Position numbers and translations under genes: made by a program. From the NCBI RefSeq assembly GCF_009914755.1, contig NC_060930.1: a DNA stretch of 64,000 nt, one strand, 5' to 3'. Shown in pieces: positions 12,263-25,300 of the stretch (positions are counted from its first letter, which is position 1; the number at the start of each line of letters is the position of its first letter). Below the pieces are notes generated by a model that saw only the letters and a program-made list of their open reading frames with translations, did not search any database and was not told the DNA's origin. The stretch comes from the human T2T-CHM13v2.0 reference genome, Homo sapiens.

Positions 12263-13852
12263 TAACTCTTTCAATGTGAGTTCAATGTGAGTTTGGCTTG
12301 AATTTTTGGTATTTGTTAATCCAGATCAGTGGCACCATAAAAACTTGTCATGAAACTGTAATACCAGTGAGTAAACTTGATACCTAAAGCTATCCCCTCA
12401 GACAGAGGGTTATTTGTCCAAATGCTTATGCCTGACTATTTGTCTAAAATTTGAACTGACCTTTCTCTACTATAAAAATCAAATGTGTGGTCAGGTTACC
12501 GAGAATATGTGTATTCTTGATGTGTTTGTGCTCGAGGTTAATTTTCAGGCTCAAAGATGGAATCACAGCCAAAACAGTATTTGGTTCTGAGCTGATTGGA
12601 ATTCAAGTGACTGGGGAAGGATGATTCAAAAGTTTCCTTCTGCTAAAGGACAACAGATGTTATGAATTAACAGATTATCCTTGTCCCAATATTACAGTTG
12701 GAGAAGCTGAGTTGAGAGGGCATTGAGTGGGAAAGTTGTAAATACAGATGCATCATTCCTGAACTTTGATTAGTTGAATGAACAATAAGCTCTATAATGC
12801 TTTTGAAGGGCCTATTTTTTCACCTTCAAAAGAGATGCTTATTTGTTTATGTATATGTTTGTCTTAACATGCTATCTTTGAAAATGAGTGTTCTTAGGTA
12901 CACCTAAAAGTTTATAGTGGCTTAACAAAATTACACAGCTGAAAGATATTTCCATTGCTGCTTTTGATACCCTATCATTTGGTCTAGAGTTTCTGGAGTT
13001 GTTATTAGTGTAGGGGAGTCAGAAATTTCCTATGTAGTCTTTGATTCTAAATATAAAATAGTTTATTTTGCAATTTATTGTTTTTTCTTTTAATGTTCTG
13101 TTTTCTTGGGAGTAATATGACAGCTATATAATCCATTTGGAATTGTGGGCCAATTGAACTGCCACCTGGATTACGAAAGAAGGGAGGGATGTGGGATGAG
13201 GACAGACAGTACTCTCTTTTTCTCTGGAAGTCCTAGAGGATGAATATTTTCACAATATACTGGAAACAAAAGACAAGGTTTAAACAAATGAGTTGGATGG
13301 ACTTTTGATTTATTACCTTTCCTTTGCCAGAAAATTTGCACTTCTATGTGGAAAACCTAGATGAAGTAGCCAGGTTTCAATTTAATGTGAAATTTATCCA
13401 AAGTTTGTTAGCACTAAAAGAGAAGCCATAGTTTGGCTCTTTTCCTTTTGGCTTATGCAGATTTATAACCCAGACTTGGTGATCCTTCTTTCTCCTGCCC
13501 AGGTCTGAGATTTGAGCTTCATGGATTTAAATACTATTGTTTGCTTATATATTTTTTCTTATTTCTTGATACTTTTTGATAGCAAATACATTTAGAATTA
13601 GTAATAGTTGATTATATTCTATCATTTGCTTGGTTTTGTCTATTTTGCCAAAATTTAACCACATTATTTAACTTACTTTAATTTTTTTCACTTAAAATAG
13701 TATTGGCTTATTTCTAAACTATTATTAATATAATGTGTTTTATAGAAAATTGGATATATTTCAAATTCTAAAGAGCAAATAAAATAATCTAAAATCTAAT
13801 GCCCAGAGATAAATCATGGCTTGATGCATATTTGGTGATTTTTTTCTTATCT

Positions 13853-13902
13853 CACACACACACACGCACACACACACACGTGCATGCACATGCATACATA
13901 CA
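13853..13902. repeat. (CA)n microsatellite, imperfect
   Basis: cacacacacacacgcacacacacacacgtgcatgcacatgcatacataca. Confidence 0.9.
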
Positions 13903-14280
13903 TTTTTTTCAGAATAAAAAGGGATCAAAGTGTTTAAACAGTTAAGTGTCTTCTGCCCATTATTTAATTTTCTATCACAAACATTTTCCCTTTTGGTATC
14001 ATAAATAACATTTATAAAAATACCTTCCACATTTTATTATTTATTGAAAACAATTTTTAATTACTGAATATAAGTTTTAATTTATTTTCCTCTGGAATCT
14101 ATAATGTCATGGAATCAAATAACAGAGTCACAGTAAATTTTCTACCATAAAAGTTTAACAGCTTGTAACTATGGAAAGTTGTTGGCTATCTTTATGGTTC
14201 TTTTTAGGTGTTTTGTAAGAACAATTCATAAATATTAAAATGTCAAATATATGTGAACTAATTAAGAAATGTAATTTAGT

Positions 14281-14391
14281 TTTTTGGAAACTATGTTGCC
14301 TAGGCTGGCCTTGAATTCCTGGGCTCAAGGGATCCTCCCACCTCAGTCTCTTGAATAGCTGAGGCTACTGGTATTCGCCACCATGCCTGGC
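14281..14391 (-). mobile_element. FLAM / Alu left monomer
   Basis: ctatgttgcctaggctggccttgaattcctgggctcaagggatcctcccacctcag...ccaccatgcctggc; degenerate flanks taagaaatgtaattt/taaggactgtaactt. Confidence 0.85.
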
Positions 14392-14509
14392 TAAGGACTG
14401 TAACTTCAAAGAGAATACTTAATGATTTGCAAACTAATACATACACTATAACTATAACTGAGTTTACATATTTGTAGATTTTCCATAGAATAACTCATTT
14501 TTGGTTAAA

Positions 14510-14830
14510 CTCATTCTTTCAAAAATAAATGTTTACTGAGTGCCTACTATGTGTCAAAGGCTATTCTAATCAGTAGAAATAAAGCCGTGAACAAGTTAGA
14601 TTCCCTGCCCTCTGGGAGAATTATGTATTCTAGTGGAAAACCAAAAATAAACAAGTGTAAGTAAGTATATACATTTGTGGTAGCTAGACACAAGTGCTAT
14701 AAAGATAAATAAAGCAGAGTGAAAGGAGGTAGAGTTTTTGGGGATCCATTTGAGATGGGCCTATTTCAGGTTGCTTGGTAAATGCAGGCCTTTCTAATAA
14801 TAAGAAGGGAATATTTGAGCAGGAGAATTG
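14510..14830 (-). mobile_element. L2 3' end
   Basis: tcattctttcaaaaataaatgtttactgagtgcctactatgtgtcaa is the L2 terminal motif. Confidence 0.7.
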
Positions 14831-15654
14831 TGGTCTTTGGTAGCAAATATAGGCTGCTTTCTCTTTCTTAATCATACCTTTATCTTATGGAATAATCTTC
14901 ACAGATAGCAGTTAGCATATATTAGTTTTAAAAAGTAATCAAAGGAAAAATTTAAAAACCGAAACCAAAACAAATGAAAACCCAAACCTATAATGTCTCC
15001 TTAATATGCAGAAGAGAAACGGTAAACACCCATCCTGGTTTTCAGGGCACTCTGCATTCTAGCCTTTGCTTTTCTTTCCAACTGAATCTCTCACCTCACC
15101 CCAATATGTTACTTCCGCATCAAACATACAAATTTATTTCTTGCATATGAACAAGCTGTATTCCTCTCTCTGGCATTGCTTTCTCCTTTATGTTGGTAAT
15201 GTCTTCCTTTCTACTTTTCCAAAACAATCTATTTTTAAAGACAACTCCAACCCTACTTTCTTATTTATTGAATTTGGATTTATGAATAATAATTTTTTGG
15301 TTATTATAGATATATTGAATAATTTACTTAGCATCAGATATATAAAAACATTTTTAATGTCCAGAACCTATTTTCTTGCCTACTTAAATATTTAATAGTA
15401 AGCATCATTTAATCAGCCTCAGTGATACTGCACTGATTTGTACACTGGTAAAAGCATTCATACCTTTACTGTTTATTTGGTAGCTTATCTCTATATGTCC
15501 ATTTCCTCCCTCCATCTGATTCATCCATCCATCCTTCCAATCTATTTTTCCATTCTTCATCTATTCACCCATCCATTTACCCATACTAACACACACATGG
15601 ACACATGGCTTTGGATATGAAATACATCCAAAATAACATTTATATTCTTTCTCT

Positions 15655-15768
15655 TTAACTAGACTTTAAGCTCAGCTGTACAGGTCATAGGCCTCTCTGT
15701 GGTCTTAGCTCTAATTTAGTGACAGGCTTATATAACAAATGCTCAATAAATACTGGTAGAGGATGAAA
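15655..15768 (+). mobile_element. L2 3' terminal fragment
   Basis: ctagactttaagctc...aatgctcaataaatactggtagaggatgaa. Confidence 0.5.
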
Positions 15769-16307
15769 ATCCTAAGTTGAAAACATTACTGAACTGTTTG
15801 TGAAATGACCTTCTCTACAATCTATTTTTAGCTAAATTAATAATTTAGGCCCTGTTGGTATTCAGAGGGAAGAACAGAACTCTTCTAGTTCTGTGATTCG
15901 ATGAATCTCATAGTAGCTGATAAAAACATTCTCATCACTTTACTTTTTCATGCCTCTTTAAACCCATTTATAAAACAGAGATAGCTTTTTTCCTCCTTAC
16001 TTCATAGAAAGATGATGGGAAAAGATGAAAGGACATGCGTAAAAGGCACATTAGCTTTTTAGAGGAGAGGCAGTAGGTACCATAATACGTATTCAGCCTC
16101 ACAAGAAACAAGCTTTCCTCAGTCAGTGGTTTTCACATTATTTTCGGCAAAGCCTAGGGCTCCCTTTCCTTGAAGAATCTCCAGGGGCAACTAGAAGTAT
16201 GAGGTGGGGCTGTGTGTGAGCAGGATACTCACTGCAGCTTCCATCAGAATAATCATACATTTGTACATTGTGCCTACACTTCTGGAAAAGTTTGTCTCTG
16301 GATAAAT

Positions 16308-16460
16308 GTCTCAACTTCCTCTTTTGTAGAATGGGAAAAATAGTAATTCATATTTCAGAGGGCCATTACATTGATTGAATAAATTATTTTAGAGAAAATG
16401 CTTGAAAGAGTACCCAATACATGGTGGTAGAAAAGTGTTAGCTGCTATAATATTAGTAAC
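16308..16460 (+). mobile_element. MIR 3' half
   Basis: tctcaacttcctcttttgtagaatgggaaaaatagtaat...gtgttagctgctataatatta. Confidence 0.55.
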
Positions 16461-16498
16461 CTTAGAACAGTGTTAGCTGCTATAATATTAGCAACCTT
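16429..16498 (+). repeat. 35-bp tandem duplication (2 copies, 2 mismatches)
   Basis: agaaaagtgttagctgctataatattagtaacctt / agaacagtgttagctgctataatattagcaacctt. Confidence 0.95.
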
Positions 16499-16569
16499 TA
16501 TTTACACATCTTTACCACATATTAAATACTCTCAGCTTCATGTGCTTTTTGATGCTTGTTTGAGTTGTT

Positions 16570-17012
16570 ACTAGAAGATATGCCAAGGATAGTGGGAATT
16601 TTTGTTTCTTTTGTTTCATGGTTTTGTCTAGCTCCTAGAGCAGCACTAGTACATAACAGACACTCAGTATTTACTGAACAATAAATCCTATTAAGTTTTC
16701 TTTCCTTGCTAGGTCTTCCTTTTACCCTGTCCTTATTGTACTTCTGGTAGTCTTTTTCCCTTGTGACTTGGTGTTTCTATTCTGATATAAGCATGACACC
16801 TAGATATATAGGGCTGTTAGAATTATATGTAAACTAAAAATAAATAGGCTAAGAGGGAATGCCTATGAACATGAAGATGAACTTCATGAGAACAGAGATT
16901 ATTTTGCTAATTAATTTATGCTTAGTGATCAGCAAAATGCCTGGTATACAGTAGTGAACACTTAATTCCTTTTGATGAATGACAGAATGAACATATCAAT
17001 GACAGAATGAAA
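16570..17012 (+). mobile_element. Two L2 3'-terminal fragments (~16570-16685 and ~16870-17012)
   Basis: gcactagtacataacagacactcagtatttactgaa and tgcctggtatacagtag...gatgaatgacagaatgaa. Confidence 0.5.
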
Positions 17013-17065
17013 TAAAATGATATCTTTCTTGACTACTTAGTACTTAGCTGGGTTTTTGTTTTTTG

Positions 17066-17096
<31 letters not shown>

Positions 17097-17441
17097 GTTC
17101 CCTACAGATCCAGTTTTTAAGATAGAAAGTTTCAGATAGGAAAAATATTGTAACTGTAAAGTAATATTGTTGTCATTTCATGTATTCTCTTACACATTGT
17201 GATAAGCCAACATAGGGAAAAGCTTATAGAACTTAGAACTTGTCTATTCTATTTCATCCTTAATTTTAAATTGACCAGTGATTCAAATTCCTAGCTCAGA
17301 TAAAAGTAAGGAAGATTAAAAACTAGTTGTAAAGTATGTACACAGTTTTGTTTTTAGAGACTCCCTGAAAGAAAGAGCTGTAAAGTGTGTGAATATCTGA
17401 TTTTGCAAATTGAGTTGATTTGCCATCTTAAAAGCAGAGTA

Positions 17442-17778
17442 TTTTTGTTCTTGCGATAGTTTACCGAGAATGATGATTTCCAATTGCATCCATGTCCCTA
17501 CAAAGGACATGAACTCATCAAAAAAACCAAACACTGCATATTCTCACTCATAGGTGGGAACTGAACAATGAGATCACATGGACACAGGAAGGGGAATATC
17601 ACACTCTGGGGACTGTTGTGGGGTGAGGGGAGGGGGGAGGGATAGCATCGGGAGATATACCTAATGCTAGATGACGAGTTAGTGGGTGCAGCGCACCAGC
17701 ATTGCACATGTATACATATGTAACTAACCTGCACAATGTGCACATGTACCCTAAAACTTAAAGTATAATAATAAAAAA
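17442..17778 (+). mobile_element. L1PA2 3' end with 5' inversion (17442-17520 inverted)
   Basis: gatgacGAGttagtgggtgcagcgc and aaaacttaAagtat indicate PA2 rather than L1HS-Ta; TSD aaaagcagagta at 17430-17441 and 17779-17790 at a tt/aaaa site. Confidence 0.93.
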
Positions 17779-18910
17779 AAAAGCAGAGTAATTTTTTTTT
17801 TAATTTACAGGGCCTGAAGACAATAATCATTTTCAGGTGAAAGTTGCTTATTTAACAGAGCAGAGCCCAACAATCTGCTAATTAGATACTTGATTCCTGA
17901 AGACACATCTGATTTTTGAGTGTATGAGGTTGTGTCCCCAAAAGTATTCATGTACTGACTTCTTCAAGGCATCCTGAAAAGGTGGATGGACTTTAGATCC
18001 TATAGAGATTGATGTCTATAGTAATGTGGCTCACTTGGAACAAAGGCTTATCTCATACACAAAACAGCATAATAAACAATCCTGTTGATGGGCTCAGTTT
18101 ACTCCAAGTCACTTTTGATTTCCTCTGATACTCTTCATTTAGAATGGCAGTTCCTGTGTCCCTAATCTTAGCAATATTTCCTAAATTGTTTCTGAATATC
18201 TAGTCTGAAGGGTCACAAATAATTATGCCTAACTTAAAGATTCATAATTAAGCCTAAACCATCTGGTTCTGAAGTATTTGTGCTTAAATACATTCCACTC
18301 AGGCTCCTGAAGTAAAATGAAATGATTTGTTGTAAAATGCTGAGTAAGTAGATTTCAGTTCTTTGAGAATATTTTTATATAAAGTTTTTCATTTTCATAT
18401 AATAAATTTACTGTGAAATGTAGAATTAACATTCAGTTGTGAGAAAAACATAAGGCATAATAATAATACAAGCAAGTCTTCATCTCTTTCCCCTTTGTCC
18501 AGGACCTTTGTATTTTTGTGAAATAAAGTCACCTAGAGCACTTGAATTTCTTTTCTTCCGCTGATTGGCTTTTTATGTCTAGTAAAATACTTAATCTCTC
18601 TTTGGTTTTAAATACAAATTACAATATCTCTCTTGTTTTTGCCATAAAATGTTGGGAAGGAATGAGTGAGAAAAATGCTTGTGACCATGTTTCTAAAGTG
18701 CTATACAAATGCAGTAATTACATGAAGAGGAAGGTATTTGATTGCTCTAATCTCACTGACCAGCCATCAGACTTCAGTCCAGGGCAACAAAAATCCTTGC
18801 AAAAATGTCTAAATTGTTTGCCTCTGTCCCTGGAGCTGCAATGAAATCTGTCAGATAAAAGTGCAGCAGGATACACAGATGAGCTATGAGTGAAGAGTGA
18901 GTACTCAGTA

Positions 18911-19090
18911 CAGTGGCTTTCAAATTTGAAGGGCACAGAATCTTTCGTTCAAATAACATGTTTTTAGGAGGTCAAAATATATGGTGCGGTAAACAAAAGC
19001 TGCCTTTGCTGGAGAGGAAAGGCAGATGTTCAGGTGTCCCAGTGATTCTCCTGCTGCTGTTTAAGTACTAAATTCAGTTTGAAAACTATG
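18911..19090. mobile_element. Old hAT-type MITE
   Basis: Imperfect terminal inverted repeats cagtggctttcaaat ... gtttgaaaactatg; family not assigned. Confidence 0.4.
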
Positions 19091-21713
19091 TAGTCTGAAA
19101 GAAGGGCTGTGGTGATGAAGCCACTGTGAGGGCAAGTTATAGCCACAGCCCCGCAGTCAGCATGGGGTTCTATTTCCCTTGTCGGACAATCAAATTTGCT
19201 GGCCTAGCTGCACGGTTTCAAATGTTCTCACTGAGATCAGATCTCAGAGCACAAATATGAAATGACTTACGATTATTATTAAATATGGCAACCTTACACT
19301 TTAATGTTTCAGTGAGAATTAAGCTTAACAATCTTTCAATCCAATGGTTTTCAAACTGTCTAATCCATTGGTTTTCATATTGTCAAATAGATTAGTTTCA
19401 ATCCACTGGTTTTCAATCCATTGATTGGGCAATCCACTGGGTCCTGGAAGAGCCTTCTCGAGGGCAATGTGAGGGTTGGGGAGACATTGAGGAGGAAACA
19501 GCAACGACCTAGGTCTGTTTTATAGTTGTTGTTTTTTTTAAATTAGTCATTGTATGTCTTGATTTTTAACAATTCAATTGTTTCTTTTTTATTTTTATTG
19601 AGATATGTTTGACAAATAAAAACTATGTTTCAGTTATATAACATGATATTTATATATATAGATAAATGATTACTGCAATACTGCTAATTAACATATCCAT
19701 CACTTCACATAGTATACACTACATTGTTATTAACCACAGTTATTAGATCACCAGAACTTATTGATATTACAACTAACTTTCTACACTTTGACCAACATCT
19801 ATCCACTCCCCCAGACTCTGGTAACCACCCTTCTGCCCTCTAAGTTTGACTTTTTAAGATTTCACGTATCAGTGAGATCATGCAGTATTTGTCTTTCTGT
19901 ATTTGGCTTATTTCATTCAGCATAATGTCCTCCAGTCTCATTCATGCTGTTGCAAATGACAGAATTTTCTTCTTTTTTATGGCTGAATCATATTCTGGTA
20001 TGTGTCTGTGTTTGTGTGTGTGTGTTTTTTTTTGTGTGTGTGTGTACATTTTTTATCCATTGATCTATTGGTAGACACAAGTTATTTTTATATTTTGGCT
20101 ATAATGAATAATACTGCAAAGAACATGGAGGTACATATATCTCTTTGAGATACTGAATTAATTTTCTTTGGAAACCCAGTAGTGGGATTGCTGGATCATA
20201 TGATAGTTTTATTTTAAATTTTTGGAGGAATCTCCATCTGTTTTCCATAATGGCTGTACAATTTACATTACAATAAACAGTGTATATTTTCTACATCCTT
20301 CCCAACACTTCTTTTTCATCTTTTTGAGAATAGCCAGGCTAATGGGAGTAAGGTGATAGATACTTCATTGTGGTTTTGATTTGCATTTCCCTGATGATTA
20401 TTGATTTTGATTAGCATTTTTGCATGAACCATGTTGGCCATTTGTATGTCTTCTTTTGATAAATATATTTTCTTGTCATTTATCCATTTTGTAATGGCTT
20501 TATTTGCTTCTTTTGCTATTGACTTGCATGAGTTCCATGTATATTTTGGATATTAACCCTTTATGAGATACATAGCTTGCAAATATTTTCTTTCATTCCA
20601 TAGGTTGCCTTTTCATTTTGTTGATCATTGCCTTTGTTATATGGAAGCTTTTTAGTTTGATGTAGTCCCACTTGTTTATTTTTGCTTTCGTTGACATGCT
20701 TTTGGGATTAATTCTAAAGAATCATTGCCAAGACTAACATCAAGATTTTTCCTTATGTTTTATTCTAGGAGTTTTAGATGTTCAGATCTTACATTTAAGT
20801 CTTTAATTCAATTTTGAGTTAATTTTTGTATATGCTGTAAGACCAGGGTCCAATTTTGCTCTTTTGCATGTGGTTATTCAGTTTCCCAGTACCACTTATT
20901 AAAGAGACTATCCTTTCCTATGTTTCTTGATGCTTTTGTTGAAAATTAGCTGACCATATATAAATGGGTTTATTTCTGGGGACTTTCTTTTATTCCATTG
21001 TTACATATATCTTTGTGCCAGTAGCAAACTGTTTTAGTTATTATAGCTTTGTAGTATATTTTGAAATCAGGCAGTGTGATGTCTCTTTGTTCTTCTTGCT
21101 CAATTGATTGAAATATTTGGGATCCTTTTGGGTTTTCTATGAATCTTAGGATTGATCTTTCTATTTCTGTGAAAAGTGCCATTAGTGTTTTGGTAGGGAT
21201 TTTATTGAATCCATAGATCTCTTTGGGTAATATGGACATTTAAACAATATTCTTCCTATCAATGAGCATGAGATATCTTTCCATATTTTTGTGTTCTCTT
21301 TAATTTCTCCCATCAATGTTTTATAGTTTTTATTATAGAGATCTTTCACTTCTTTGGTTAAATACATTTCTAGGTATTTTATTTCCTTTGCAGCTATTGT
21401 AAATAGCTTTTTCAATCCTATTGTAATAGGATTACTTTTTCAGTTTCTTTTTCTGATTATTCACTCTTCACTTATAGAAATGCTACTGGTTTTTGTATGT
21501 TGATTTTTATAGTTTGCAACTTTACTAACTTTGCTTATTAGTTCTAATAGTTTTTTGGTAGAGTCTTTAAATTTTTCTAAAAAATAAAATATATTGTCTG
21601 CAAACAAGGATAATTTGACTTTTTCCTTTCCTATTTGGATGCCCTTTATTTTTTATTTTGTCTCATTGCTCTGGCTGGGACTTCCAGTACTATGATGAAT
21701 AAAGGCAGTGAGA

Positions 21714-22126
21714 CGGCTCACCGGAAGTCAGAGTTTAAGGTTATCTCTCTTATTCCCTGAACAATTGCTGTTATCCTGTTCTTTTTTCAAGGTACCCACA
21801 TTTCATATTGCTCAAACACACATGCTTTATAATTTGTGCAGTTAATGCAATTATTACAGGGTCCTGAGGTGACATACATCCTCCTCAGCTGACAGGATTA
21901 ATAGATTAAAGTAAAGACAGGCATAGGAAATCACAAGGGTATTGACTGGGGAAGTGATAAGTGTCTATGAATCTTCACAACTTATGTTTAGAGATTGCAG
22001 TAAAGGCAGGCATAAGAAATTATAAAAGTATTAATTTGGGGAACAAATAAATGTCCATAAAATCTTCACAATCCATGTTCTTCTGCCATGACTTCAGCCG
22101 TTTGGGGTCCCTGACTTCCCGAAACA
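21714..22126 (-). mobile_element. MER11 (ERVK-class) LTR, 5' ~410 bp only
   Basis: Reverse complement starts tgtttcgggaagtcagggaccccaaacggctgaagtcatggcagaagaacatggattgtgaagatt (MER11 5' end) and breaks off at ...ccggtgagccg. Confidence 0.88.
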
Positions 22127-22339
22127 GATGCCCTTTATTTTTTTCTTTTGTCTCATTGCTCTGGCTGGGAATTCCAGTACTGTGATGAATAAAGGCAGTG
22201 AGAGGGGCATTATTGTCTTGTTTCTGATTTTTCAGTTTTTCACCATTGAGTAGGATGTTAACTGTCAGCTGGTCACATATGACACTTATTAGGTTGAGAT
22301 ACATTCCTTTTATACTGGTTTTGTTAGAATTTTTTTAAT

Positions 22340-25300
22340 TTGCAAATTTATTTTTAAACTGATATATAAAATTGTGTGTATTATTCATGTATAGCATAAT
22401 GTTTTGAAGCATATTATACACATTGTGAAATAGTTAAATCTAGCTAAATAACAAATATATAGTTATCATTTTTGTGGTGAGAACACTGTACATCCACTTT
22501 CTTAGCATTTTTCAAGAACACACTATATTATCATTAGTCACTATGCTGTACAACATGTTTTGAACTTATTCCTCCTCTTTAACTGTAAATATGTATCCTT
22601 TGACCAACATTTTCCCAAACTCCCCTCTCTCTCTGGTAATCACTATTCTATTCTCTACTTCTATGATATCAACTTTTTAGATTCCATATATAAGTGAGAT
22701 TATATAGTATTTATCTTTCTCTGCCTGGCTTATTTCACTTAACATGTCCTCCAGTTTCATCCACGTTGTTGCAAATGACAATATTTTCTTCCTTTTGTAG
22801 CTGAATACTATTCCATTGTGTATGTATACCACATTTTCTTTATCCATGTATCTGTTTATAGACACCTAGGTTGATTCCATATCTTGGCTATTGTAAATAG
22901 TGGTGCAATACATATGGGAGTGCAGATATCTCTTCAACATACTGATTTCCTGGGCTATATGGTAGTTCTATTTTTAATTTTGGGGTGGAACCTCCCTATT
23001 TTGTTCACAATGACTATAATAATTTACATTTCCACTGGCAGTTTGCAACTGTTCCCTTTTATATACATCTTCACCAAAATTTTATATTTTGTCTTTATTG
23101 TGATAGCCATTCTAATGGGCTATCTCATTGAGGTTTTCATTTGTATTTTCCTGGTGATTAGTGATGCTGAGCATTTTTTCATACACTTGTTGGCCTGCAT
23201 ATCTTTGTTTGAGAAATGTCTATTCAGGTCTTTGCCCAATTTTTAATCGAGTTGTTTGTTTACTTGCTATTGATTTGTTTGAGGTCCTTACATATTTTGA
23301 ATATTAACTCCTTTCAGATATATGGTTTACAAATATTTTTGCCCGTTCTGTAGGTTATCATTTTACTCAGTTGATTGTTTGCTGTGCAGAAGCATTTTAG
23401 TTTAATGTAATCTCCCTTGTCTATCTTTGCTTTTGTTGCCTGTGCTTTTGAAATCATATCCAGAAAATTATCATCCACAGCAATGTCATGGAGTATTTCT
23501 TCTATGATTTTTTTGAGTAGTTCCATAGTTTTAGGTCTTACACTTAAGTTTTTAATCCATTTTGAGTTGATTTTTTTCATACGGTGAGAAATAATGGTCT
23601 AACTTCTTCCTTTTTTTTTTCCCTTTGGCGTGTGGCTATCTCATTTTCCCAACACCATTTATCAAAAACTGTCCTTTTCCTATTGTGTGTTCTTGGCATC
23701 TTTGTCGAAAATTAGTTTATTGTAAATGCATGGATTTATTTCTGGGCTCTCTATTACAATCCAATCCATGTATGTGAATTGGATTTTAAGCCAGTTTTTA
23801 AGCCAGGACCATGCTCCTTTGATTGCTAAAGCTTCATAATATATTTTGAAGTCTGGTTGTGTGATGCCTTCCGCTTCATTCTTTTTGATCTATGTTGCTT
23901 TGGCTATTTGAAGTCTTCTGTGGTTCCATACGCATTTTAAAATTGTTTTTTCTATTTCTGTAAACAATGTTATTGGTATTTTTACAGGGATTACATTGAA
24001 TCTACAGATTGCTTTGGCAGTGTGGACACAACAATATTATTTGTTTTCAATACAGGAATATAGTATGTCTTTCTTTTTATTTGTGTTTTCTTCAATTTCT
24101 TTCATCGATGTTTTAGAGTTTTCAATGTAGAGATTTTTCACTTCCTTGGTGAAATTTATTCCTAAGTATTTTTAGTGTAGCTATTGTAAATGGGCTTGTT
24201 TCCTTGATTTCTTTTTCAGGTAGTTTATTGGTATATAGAAATACTATTGTTTTAATATATTGATTTTACATCCTGCAACTTTACTGAATTTATCTATTAG
24301 TTTTAGCAGTGTTTTGTGGAGTCTATCTATACATAAAATGATGTCATCTGCAAATAGTGACAATTTAACTTCTTCCTTTCTAACTTGGATGTTTTAAATT
24401 TCTTTTTCTTGTCTGGTTGCTCTGGCTGGGGCTTCCAGTACTATGTTGACTAGAGGTGGTAAGTAGAATTCTTGTCTTGCTCTAGATCTTACAGGAAAAG
24501 CTTTCAACTCCTCCCCATTCATATAATTTTAGTTGTGGGTTTGTCATATATGGACTTGATTCTATTAAGGCACAATTCTTCTATACCTAATTTATTGAGA
24601 GTTTTTATCATGAAGGAATGTTGAATTTTGCCCAATGTGTTTTCTGCATCTATTGAGGTGATCAATGTTTTTTGTTTTTTATCCTGCTGATGTGATATAT
24701 CATGTTTATTGATTTGCATATCTTGAACCATCTTTTCAACCCTGATATAAAGCCTACTCAGTCATAATGAACTATCTTTTTAATGTGCTATTGAATTTGT
24801 TTTGCTAGCATTTTGTTGATTTTTTTTTTCAGTCTATGTTCATCAGAGATATTGACCTGTCGTGTTCTCTTTTTGTTGTTTCTTTGTCTAGTTTTGATAT
24901 CAGAGTAATGCTGGCCTCACAACATGAGTTTGAAAGTATTCTTTCCTCTTCAATTTTTGGATGCATTTGAGAAGCATTTGTATTAGCTTTTCTTTAAATG
25001 TTTGGTAGGATTCAGCAGTGTAAACTATCAGTTCCTGAGCTCTTCTTTGAAAACTTTTATTATTGATTTAGTTTCCCTACTTGTCATTGGTTTGTTCAGA
25101 TTTCTATTTCTTCATGATTCATTCTTGGTGGTTGTGTGTGTCTAAGAAGTGATCCACTTCTTCTACCTTTTCCAATTTGTTAGAACATAATTTTTCGTTA
25201 AGTCTCTTGTGATACTTTATATTTTTGTGGTATCAGTTGTAATGTCTCCTTTTTTATCTCTGATTTTAGTTTTTGAGTCTTCCCCCTCTCTTTCTTAAAA

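Noticed and set aside
17442-17778. Human-specific L1HS-Ta insertion
   Set aside because: It has GAG rather than ACA/ACG, and A rather than G, at the 3' UTR diagnostic positions, which indicates L1PA2.
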